A DNA stretch of 64,000 nt from Octopus sinensis (lineage: Eukaryota), in contig NC_043014.1 in assembly GCF_006345805.1 (NCBI RefSeq), positions 40,176,001 through 40,240,000 on the forward strand, given 5' to 3'. Below are positions 53,568-64,000 of the stretch, in pieces (the first letter of the stretch is position 1; every line of letters starts with the position of its first letter). Made by a program: the position numbers and the translations under genes. The notes below the pieces were generated by a model. It had not been told where the DNA came from and searched no databases. It saw nothing but the letters and a program-made list of their open reading frames with translations.

Positions 53568-53656
53568 TTATATATATATATATATTATGTATATATGTGT
53601 GTATGTATGTATGTTTGTATGTATGTATATATATATATGTGTGTGTATATATATGT

Positions 53657-54056
53657 AACCAGCCCACTTATGCGTACCTTTCCTTCATTGGACACTAAAC
53701 TCTGCTTGCAAAGACCTGTTGAGGCAAGTGAAATCGAAATTGAACCAAATTCGATGACTGGCATCCATGCTAGTGAAGCACTAAGAGTACCATCTAAGTG
53801 TGCTCGTTGCCAGAGTGGCTAAATGTCATCCATGCCGGTGGCACATAAAAAGCACCATTCGAGCATGAACGTTACCCGTGTCAGCTCACTGGCACTTGTG
53901 CCGGTGGCACGGGAAAAAAAATTCGAGCAAGGTCGTGGCCAGTGTCACTGGACTGGCTCCTGTGCAGGTGGCATGTAAAAAACACCATTTGAGCATGGCC
54001 GTTGCCAGTACCGCCTGACTAGCCCTCGTGGCACGTAAAAGCACCCACTGCACTCT
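53657..54056 (+). repeat. Interspersed element with degenerate tandem GGTGGCACGTAAAAAGCACC units
   Basis: Four variants at ~53836, 53902, 53967 and 54028. Confidence 0.6.
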
Positions 54057-54298
54057 TCGATGCTTAGCAGAACTTTGTCCAATTTATGTTCTGAGTTCAA
54101 ATTCTGCCAAGGTCGACTTTGCCTTTCATGATTTTGGTTAATGAATTAAGTACCAGCTGAATATTGAAGTTAATGTAATCAATTTGCACCCCACTCAAAA
54201 TTGCTGGCCTTGTGCCAAAATTTGAGACCAATATTACTAGTCATTATCACTCATATATTGCATACCCTTTTCAGGCTTTCCTGTATTGCATAAGCTTA

Positions 54299-54371
<73 letters not shown>

Positions 54372-55508
54372 GCTGTTGTTGTTGTTATTATTGTTAAGGC
54401 AGTGAGCTGGCAGAGTTGTTAGTATGCTGGATGAAATGCTTAGCAGTGTTTCACCCATCGATACATTCTGAGTTCAAATTTAACTGAGGTCAACTTTGCC
54501 TTTCATCCTTTCGGGGTTGATAAATTATCAGTGAAATTCTAGGGTTGATGCAATCGACTAGTCCCCTCCCCCAAAAAACTTTCAGGCTTTGTGCCTATAA
54601 TAGAAAGGATTATTATTATTATGATTATTATTATTATTATTATTATTGTTAAGGCGGTGAGCTGGTAGAATCTTTAATACGCCAAGCGAAATACTTAGCG
54701 GTATTTCATCTGTCATCATGTCCTGAGTTCAAATTCCGTCAAGGTCGACTTTGCCTTTCATCCTTTCGGAGTCGGTTAAATAAGTACCAGTTATGCACTG
54801 GATCAATATAATCGACTTAATCCCTTCCTCCAAATTTGAGGCCTTGTGCTTGTGCTTCTTATTGTTGTTGTTGTTGTTGTTAGCAGCAGCAGCATGCTGG
54901 ACAAAATGCTTAGCAACATCTCACCTGTTTTCAGATTCTGAATTCAAATTCTACTGAGGTCGACTTTTCCTTTCCGGGTTGATGAAATGAGTACCTTTTG
55001 AGCACTGGGGTGGATGCAATTGATGAGCCCATCTCCCAAATTGCAGGCCTTGTGCCTATTGTAGAAAGAATTCTTATGGAATACAGTCAGGTGGTGAGCT
55101 GAGCTTGTTGTACATGGTTCTCACTTGTGGATTGTAGAAGTTGTAGTATATTCACAGGTTTCACCTTTGGTGCATTGAACTGTGGATTGAACATATGGAG
55201 GAAAAAGAATACAGTGGGAGTAGAATTGTGACCCCAAGAATAAAAATATTGGCTTTGGGGGAAGTAGTCAGTGTCTACTTCCTACACCATCTCCACTGAA
55301 ATGAACTAAGATGATAAGCTGACAAGGTGTATTATTGACAGCTTAAGTAAAAATCAATATGGAGGTGCATGGTTTAGTGGTTAAGATGTTTGACTCATGA
55401 CCATAAGATTGTGGTTTCGATTCCTGGATTGGGTGATGTATTGTGTTCTTTAGCAAAACACTTTATAACATATTGTTCCAGTTCACCCAGCTGGTAAAAA
55501 AGAGTAAG

Positions 55509-55910
55509 GACGGAGAGCTGGCAGAAAAGTTAGCATGCCAGGCGAAATGTGTAGCTGAATTTCGTCTGCCGTTATGTTCTGAGTTCAAATTCTGCCGAGG
55601 TTGACTTTGCCTTTCATCCTTTTGGGGGTCGATAAATTAAGTACCAGTTACGCACCGGGGTCGATGTAATCGACTTAATCCGTTTGTCCCCTCTGTGTTT
55701 AGCCTCTTGTGGGTAGTAAAGAAATAGGTATTTTGTCTGCCGCTACGTTCTGAGTTCAAATTCCACCGAGGTCAACTTTGCCTTTCATCCTTTTGGGGGT
55801 CGATAAATTAAGTACCAGTTACACACCGGGGTCAATGTAATCAACTTAATCTGTGTCTGTCCTTGTTTGTCCTCTCTGTGTTTAGCCCCTTGTGGGTAGT
55901 ATAGAAATAT
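55509..55910 (+). mobile_element. SINE family A, two bodies, inserted into a family D SINE
   Basis: Flanked by GTAAAAAAGAGTAA on both sides; the host SINE starts ~55360 and resumes after 55911. Confidence 0.75.
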
Positions 55911-56959
55911 GTAAAAAAGAGTAATCCTACAATGGACTGTGTCCTGTCCAAGGAAGGATATATACATCAGAGAAACTGGCTCTTTGCTCCTTATTGGGTA
56001 ATGTGGACTAACCAAGTTAATATCTGGAAAAAATATGTTTTAAATATGTGGTTAAGAAATTCGCTTCCCACGTACACTTTTGGGTTCAGTCTCACTGCAT
56101 GGCACCTTGGGCAAGTATCTTCTATTATAACCTCTGACTAAAGTCTTGTGATTGGGTGTGGTTATATGCTTTGTGTATCCCACTCTTCTCTCTTCCTTCT
56201 ACTCTATTTTCCCCTGTAATTGCACACATTTGTTTATGTAATAAGTTTTATGCTCTTACAATTGACGCTTGCTGGTCTCTCAAAACATTTATATATATTA
56301 TATTAGCATTAATACTGATATTTTCAGTGTTTCTATTCTATATTTGGTGGAGGCGCATGGCTTAGTGGTTAGGGTATCAGCATCATGATCATAAGATTGT
56401 GGTTTCAATTCCTGGACCAGGCGATACATTGTGTTCTTGAGGCGTGTGGCTTAGTGGTTAGGGTGTCAGCATCATGATCGTAAGATTGTGGTTTCGATTC
56501 CTGGACTGGGCAACAAGATGTGTTCTTGAGCAAAACACTTCATTTCACGTTGTTTCAGTCCACTCAGCTGGCAAAAATGAGTAACGCTGTGATGGACTGG
56601 CGTCCCGTCCAGCTAGGAAACACATACACCATAGAAACAGGGATACCGAGCTCTTGATCCTGGCTAGGCTTTAAAAGGGCGTATTTTTTTTTTTTATTTC
56701 TTCTATATGTAAATGTATATGTGTGTGTGTGTATTTGTGTTGCCTTGTCTTAACATCACATGATTGTTGTAAATGAATGTCATTCCTTGCTAGTGTCGTG
56801 TGAGAGTATGTCTAATTATGAAGAAATATCACCTTACTTAGAAATAGGTAAGATTTGGCAACATGAAAGGCATCTGGCCATAGAAAATGCAATTAACTTT
56901 GTCGAACTCATGCAAAAATATAAAATTGGACATGAAAATATTGTACATGTACAAAAGTT

Positions 56960-57376
56960 GGATCTTTTCAGTTTGAATGGCAGTTTCTTCTAGCGGTGTC
57001 ATATGAAATTGTCACCCATAATTATGACCCTAGTATCGATCTATTGCATTTCAATCTGTTTTAGGGTTAGGGTTATGGGTGGGGGGAAGGGTATCTTTTT
57101 TTCTTCAGAAATGTAAATAAACCCAATCTGTTTCTTAAACGAGGGACATATTCATACGGCACAGAATGTTTTCACCTCAATTAGACGTCATTGATTGGTT
57201 AAAATTGCAGAAATTGAAGAATATAAACAACAAATATCTTATAAATTATAGAATTTTCTCAATAAAGCCAAGAGAAAAAGGTGTTTTATAAACATATTCT
57301 ACCAGTATACGAAGTTTAAAATTTTTTAGTTACCTAGAAATTATGTTAAAAACTGCCGTTCAAACCGAAAAGATCC
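56960..57376. mobile_element. MITE M1 flanked by a 29-bp direct repeat
   Basis: CATGAAAATATTGTACA(T/C)GTACAAAAGTT at 56931-56959 and 57377-57405. Confidence 0.85.
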
Positions 57377-58556
57377 CATGAAAATATTGTACACGTACAA
57401 AAGTTTTTCTGTTCGAAATCGACCTAATTATTTCTCAATACCATATACAGTAATTAGCAGAGTGAACATCAATGTATGATTTTTAATAATATGACAAAAA
57501 AATCCAAGATATTTGAGTCTATGAAAAAATACGAAAAAGTTCAGATAAACAAGGTAAGGGAGGTAACTATGTTATGCCTGTAATTTTTTTATTAGGAACA
57601 TAACTAGTATTATGAACGATGTGTTTTATACATTGTGTGGCTCATGTCCATTTATTGAGAAGGTCTGTAAAGAATAAACATGTTTAAAGTAAAAAAAGCA
57701 ACAAAGGAAAAAATAGGCGCAGGCATGGCTCTGTGGTAAGAAGCTTGCTTCCAAACCACACGATTCTGGATTGGTTAAGTAGTCTAACCAAAGCCCTGTG
57801 AGTGCATTTGGTGGACGGAAACTGAAAGAAGCCCGTCGTATATATATATATATATATATCTAATATACAATAAAATTTTTCGGAAAAAAATTTTATCAAT
57901 GGTCAGCATATTAAAAAATACCTTTAAAGGTTAAATTTATAAACAACTTATAAACAAGGGCAAAAGAAAAAAATTTCTAATGCCAAATATGCTGAAACTA
58001 GACACATCGTCCATAACCATGGATGTGCTTATAGTGATGAATTATATGGTTACAGACGATGTGTCTAGTTTTGTCATAATAAAATTTTTTCTTTTGCCCT
58101 TGTTTATAAGTTATATATATATATATGTGTGTCTTTGTGTCTGTTTGTCTTCCACTCACCACTTGACAACTGAGACTGGTGTGTTTGTGTCCTTGTAACT
58201 TAGTGGTTCAGCAAACCACATCGTTGCAAAGCAAATTTCTTAATCACAGAGCCATTCCTAGTTACAAATAAATTCCAGTGAGTTGTAACTGGGATTTGTT
58301 TTTTCTTGTTTCAGTCATTTGAGTGCGGCCATGCTGGAGCACCACCTTAAAGGGGTTTAGTCAAAGAAATTGACCTCAGGACCCATTTTTTTTAAAGTCC
58401 AGTGCTTATTGTCCCACTGTATGGTACCATGGGTAAATGTCTTCTATTGTAGTCCTGGGCCAACCAATGCCTTGTGAGGATTTAGTAGATGGAAACTAAA
58501 AGGGACATGTCACACACACACGCGCACATATATATATATAGATAGATAGATAGACG

Positions 58557-58614
<58 letters not shown>

Positions 58615-59815
58615 GCTACATAAATATATATATATGCCTTGTGAGTGAATTTGATGGATGGAAACTTGGGGAAGCCCATTGTATATATGAGTGTTTGTGT
58701 TTGTTCCTTGCCTCTGCTTGACTACCGGTGTTGGTTTGTTTATATCCCCATAACTTAATGGTTTGGCAAAAGAGACTGATGGAATAAGTCACCAAACAGA
58801 CTTAAAAAATAAATACTGGGTCGATTTGTTCAGCTAAACTCTTCGAAAAGGTGCCCCAGCATGGTCACAGTCCAATGACCAAAAGATGTAAAAGATAAAA
58901 AAAGAAAGACAACTGAAAACAAATTCTATATATTTACAAATATTTTTATTTTTGGATGTTCAGTTTTTTGATCTGATTTGTCAATATCAATAACTCTGTT
59001 CCCACAAATATTTATATTGATTTTACAGATATTGGTTTTTTTAGAAACCCGCATGTAAAATAATTGTGAGCTTTCTCTCTATCTTTCACTCTCGCTTCAT
59101 CTTTCTCCTTTCTCCCTCTCAGAATTTCAGTAGCATTGCTTTATATATATAGACTTGCATTCAAAAAGGTAGCTTATGCCAAGCCACATTATACGAGCTT
59201 TATAATATTATGATGAGAGTTCAACATTGGCACTGACTATAAAATCAGCTTAGTTTTTTAATCTTCTGAAGCCAATACAAATATATACCAGCAATTAACT
59301 GAAAGGAAGGGAAACGCCTGGCAACCACTCATTCTTCTGCATTAGGTCTGGTAACAAGTCCCTCTTATGTTTTAGCTGTAGCTTCTCTACACAATGTTCA
59401 AAAAGTAAAAAACATCTAGAACAATGTCAAATTCACCAGTAATGAAAATGTTTTCTTCCATAGATAATTAGCAAGTTATTTGCTTTTGGTTTTCATGAAA
59501 GTTGTTAAGTCAACTTACAAACCCTTACGACAGCATATTATCATAAAAGATATTGTATCTACACCTCCCGAGCTTGAACCAAATAAAGGGAGACCTGCAG
59601 ACTGTAGGCTATCTTGTTGTCTGAAGCAGCTTTGGCATAAAAAAAGTATGCCGCAAAAGATAGCACTAATATTTTTGCTTGTTTTCTGTGTAGCCAGTGG
59701 AATTCCATAACAGAAAATCCCTTGTTTTAAAACTTATAGCTAAGCCAGAATTAGTTGTAGCTGTTCAAATTTTAATTTCCACTGCATAAATGGAAAAATT
59801 TATGTTGCTACTGTT

Positions 59816-60742
59816 TTAAGAAGCTCTATAAAAGACTTCATCAAATGGTGGAGCTGATGGCTCTGGTCGAAGGTGAAGGTGTCCAAATGTTTCTCTCTCT
59901 TGCACGCTTGAAGAATGCATTAAAGCTGTATGGTTATACACTGCACAATGATTGTAACTTCCACAGTGATTATACATGCCCCCATGATTATACATGCCCC
60001 CATGGTTATATCTATCACAATGATCACAAATATAATGACCATACATTATGTGTGGCAAACTAGCTCTTGCCGTTACAATGCTATGGTAACTAGATGCTTG
60101 ATTCTTGTCTTGTATGTAAGTTGGTTGTGGTATGTGCTGAGGTACATTTTGTAATATTTTACAATATTTATTGCATTTATGTTGCTTTAAGAAGTTTTCG
60201 GCATTTACAGCAACACATTCTGCACCAGTAATACAGATAGATTTTTTGTTAATTCGAAATCCTTGGAAATTAGTCAGTACTGTTTGTCCTTTGGATTCTA
60301 AGAAAGTGAAATGAGAAATGGCATCAAGACTTGGACTTGTTAATTTTTCCTCCACATGTGCACCCTTGTAGTGATCAATAAGTACAGTCTCATCAGGAAC
60401 AGGGTGTCTTGAGACAGTGAATTTGGTAATAAGAGAGATTCTGTCAATTAGTGCTTCGGTATAATCTGGAACTTGAAAAAATTCCTTGTCAAAGCGAGAC
60501 GCAAAATAAGCTTTGGCTTTATGAAGTAATGCTCTGGTATTAAGGTATGATTTCCAAGCATTTTTCGAGTGAGGTTTGGTTTTCAAAACACGAATAATGC
60601 ACCTGTTTCCACGATGTATTCCAGAGCCATTAAGAACTCCATCGTAAAGAAGGTAATCCTTTGCTATCACAGAGGGTTTATATGAAAAATTTGCAAAGTA
60701 ATTCTCGTTGTTATATTGAAATGAGAGTGTTTCATTATCCAT
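59816..60742 (-). CDS. Alpha-kinase-fold protein (eEF2K/MHCK/vwkA-like), probably a pseudokinase, 308 aa, in one coding exon
   Basis: Acceptor ttttctAG|GTTATCCCACCATGG at 60754/60753 with ATG at 60742 in a strong Kozak-like context; stop TAA at 59818-59816. AISHFTFLESKGQTVLTNFQG and FLKQHKCNKYC match the alpha-kinase SHF(T/S)Y..S.G...DLQG and Zn-binding HxCNxxC motifs. The ORF-track extension to 61297 is intronic microsatellite. Confidence 0.8.
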   Translation of the reverse strand: MDNETLSFQYNNENYFANFSYKPSVIAKDYLLYDGVLNGSGIHRGNRCIIRVLKTKPHSKNAWKSYLNTRALLHKAKAYFASRFDKEFFQVPDYTEALIDRISLITKFTVSRHPVPDETVLIDHYKGAHVEEKLTSPSLDAISHFTFLESKGQTVLTNFQGFRINKKSICITGAECVAVNAENFLKQHKCNKYCKILQNVPQHIPQPTYIQDKNQASSYHSIVTARASLPHIMYGHYICDHCDRYNHGGMYNHGGMYNHCGSYNHCAVYNHTALMHSSSVQERETFGHLHLRPEPSAPPFDEVFYRAS

Positions 60743-61122
60743 GGTGGGATAACCTAGAAAAAAGAGAGAAAAAAAAATTATGAGAAATACATGATACAGA
60801 GAAAGAGATAAATGTTGGAATACATATATGCATACATATACATACATATATACACACACACACACATATATATATACAGACACATTCATATCTATATACA
60901 CACATATATAAAAATTTATATACATACACACATATATATCTACATATACATATATATTTATATACATTATATGTGTATATATACATATATGTGTGTATAT
61001 ATACATATATATGTGTGTATATGTGTACATATACATGTGTGTATATATGTGTACATATACACATACATGTGTGTACATATACATATATACATGTGTACAT
61101 GTGTGTGTACATACATGTGTAA

Positions 61123-61154
<32 letters not shown>

Positions 61155-61339
61155 TATATATGTGTGTGTGTGTGTATATACATATATATGTGTATATATG
61201 TGTACATATACATATGTGTATATATGTATGCATATACATTTGTGTATATATGTGAACATACATGCGTAAATATACACACATATATATATACACACACGTG
61301 TGTGTATATACATATATAATATATATATATATACGTTTA

Positions 61340-61670
61340 TACGTCCCCTGCCAAATTCAAGATCACAACATACATGTACACTGCAACATAATTTCTTTTC
61401 CTCAACAGGCCCTGCCCTATTTAACATTGTCCCGAGGGAGATCAAAGAGGAAAAGGATCCCATCAACTTTAAACAGAGTCTGGATAGATTCCTTCAAAGA
61501 ATACCAGATAAGCCACCCATAATTGGATACAACTCACCCAACAAGAACTCACTACTTGAACAAAACTTGACTTAAACAGGATTCGAATAATCCTATCAGG
61601 TGGTGCTATTAAGTTAGACATGGCCTAGACCAATCTCTGGTCGAAACATATCTAAGTTTATCTAAGTTTA
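61340..61670 (+). pseudogene. 3' end of a CR1/L2-group LINE in the intron upstream of the alpha-kinase exon
   Basis: GPALFNIVPREIK..FKQSLDRFLQRIPDKP..NSLLE; tail repeat TCTAAGTTTA x2. Confidence 0.7.
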
Positions 61671-61680
61671 TATATATATA

Positions 61681-61740
<60 letters not shown>

Positions 61741-62593
61741 AAATACACATATCCGTATGCGTCTGCATGCATATTTGGAAAACTTAATCACATTTTATTT
61801 TTAAGAGAGAATGTGTGTGTGGTGCCAACATCTGAAATTGGAATGATCACTGAGACTGAAAAATTATTCCGAATTCAGGCAATAAGTACATTGTTAAAGT
61901 GCAAGTTGTAAGCGGTAAAAACGTCTTCAATTGATTGTGAAAATTTCCAAAGAACTAAAAGAAGTTGGCATCAGGCGAAACGTTTATGTCAAAATGATTT
62001 TAAAAGAAACGTTCACGATGATACTGTGTTGCTGCCAAAAGTCAGACATATATTTTCGGCTAATACACAGACAAAAAAATAAAGAACTGATTCACAGCCA
62101 GTTCAAGAACTGTTTGATCATTTGGCATAGTGAAGAAAATTTTTATGAAAAGTGTTTTTAACAAGTGAAAAAAAAATTGGGTTTATGGCCATGATGTTGA
62201 ATGAAAAAGATATACATACAAATATACACACAAGTATGTAAATGAACACACACATATATAGACATATACATATAAGTTCCAATGTACGTAAAGCGGTTAG
62301 CTTTAAAGCTAAGGACTTTATGGACGTGAAACTCTGAGTAATCCCTATAGACTGATCATAACTGACTTTACCTAATTACTCTACTGCTCTATAACATAGA
62401 GTGTGGCTTCTCCTTCGGATTTAGGATTAACTGACAATATATATATTGGTAAAAACGGTAAGATAACAAAAGAAAGAGAGAGACTTCAATATTATGTAAA
62501 TAGAGGAAATTTATCTGTAAATTAATATGTGACAATAATTCAATAACCAAGATAAAACTCTGAGTTTCGCATGCCGAGGTGGAAATCTGGCCA

Positions 62594-62654
62594 GATAACC
62601 GAAGAGATGGTGTTGTGGATTTCCACCTCGGCATCCGAAACTCAGAGTTTTATC
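62594..62654 (+). ncRNA. Hammerhead-like motif (C4 variant) inside an inverted repeat
   Basis: GAUAA / CCGAAGA / GAUG...CAUCC / GAA-ACUCAGAGU-U / UUAUC; its 3' part is copied in inverted orientation at 62513-62587. Confidence 0.55.
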
Positions 62655-63299
62655 TTGGCTATTGAATAATTGTCACATATCAATTTACAGATATATATAT
62701 ATATATTATATATAGAGATATATATATATATGCATATATACGAACATACATATTAATAATCATATACATTATTATAACAAGGGATTGGCTATAAGCCTGG
62801 AAAAACAGACACCAAAAGACGCTATTACCACCTATTATACACACGCGCACACACGTACTTATGTAAGGTTAGGTAAGGCCTGTTTGCGAGATTTCCCTGG
62901 GTTTCACATCCATAAAGCCCTTAGCTTTATGGCGTATTATAATCAGATCCCAAACTTGTTGGGTTATGACTTCTCTAGAAAATGCTGATGATACGCCGTA
63001 AAGCTAAGAGCTTTAAGGACCTGGAAACCCAGGGAAATCCCATAAACCGGCCTTACCTAACCCTTATTTAGATAAAATAATGCCCTAAAACTTAGTGCCC
63101 TTCTTTTTCGGATTTATGTTTTACAGACGATATATATATATATATGGTAAGAAGCTTGCTTCTCAATCACATGGTTTCGGGTTCAGTCCCACTGCGTAGC
63201 AACTTGGGCAAAACCTTGTGAGTGGATCTGTTGACGGAAACTGAAAAAAGCTCGTGGTGTATATACATATATGTGTATATATATCTGTGTGGCTGTGTC

Positions 63300-63367
<68 letters not shown>

Positions 63368-63379
63368 CACATACATACT

Positions 63380-63423
<44 letters not shown>

Positions 63424-63435
63424 ATATATATATAA

Positions 63436-63468
<33 letters not shown>

Positions 63469-64000
63469 CTGTGTGGCTGTGTCTGCATATATATATATAT
63501 ATATATAATATATATATATATAATACACATATATATATATACAATATATATATATATATATACACATATATATATATACAATATATATATATATATATAC
63601 ACATATATATATATACAATATATATATATACACATATATATATATACATATATATATTTGCGTATATATATATATTTGCATATATATATATATACATATA
63701 TATTTGTATATATATATACATATATTTGTATATACATATATATTATACTTGCATATATATATATATATATATATGCCTATATGTATACACACACATATAT
63801 ATGCACTACGTATGTTTGTTTGTATGTATGTTACAGCGTGTGTGCGCACATGTAATGCGAGTAGTTGTCTGCTTTTGCAATGCAATTTTTACTTAGTTTT
63901 CATGCTATTTCGAAAATACTATTTTACAAAATTCTTGTCCTTTCTGCTGTTAGAAATGTCACCCGAGGTGGCATCCGTATCTTATACTTGTTGCATGCTT

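Noticed and set aside
60754-61297. N-terminal 185 aa of the 493-aa ORF
   Set aside because: (TA/TG)n read-through upstream of a clear splice acceptor; intronic.
62361-62400. Candidate splice donor AG|GTAAAG for an upstream exon of the pseudokinase
   Set aside because: It lies within a degenerate repeat arm, with no independent support.

Overview
AT-rich, microsatellite-saturated animal genomic DNA. Repeat content (tRNA-derived SINEs, (TA)n/(CATA)n/(AAT)n tracts, RTE, Gypsy, Helitron and MITE debris) suggests an octopus or other cephalopod; this is inference. Almost all of the ORF track is microsatellite noise. Two real host coding segments are visible, both on the minus strand: (1) an 828-bp coding exon (1929..1102) of a whirlin/harmonin/PDZD7-like scaffold protein (harmonin-homology domain plus the start of a PDZ domain); (2) a 308-aa ORF (60742..59816) with an alpha-kinase fold, degenerate catalytic motifs, a YNH repeat and a C-terminal PSAPP motif. 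The most notable non-coding signal is a set of unrelated Penelope-type minimal type-I hammerhead ribozyme motifs, mostly in head-to-head inverted pairs. One is fused behind a tRNA-like Pol III head, and another has a compensatory U3-A8 core. Also notable: a SINE that repeatedly occurs as one head plus n x 185-bp bodies with an invariant junction, and three GG-ended MITE families with 8-bp target duplications. All coordinates and structures were read by eye; no alignment or folding was computed.
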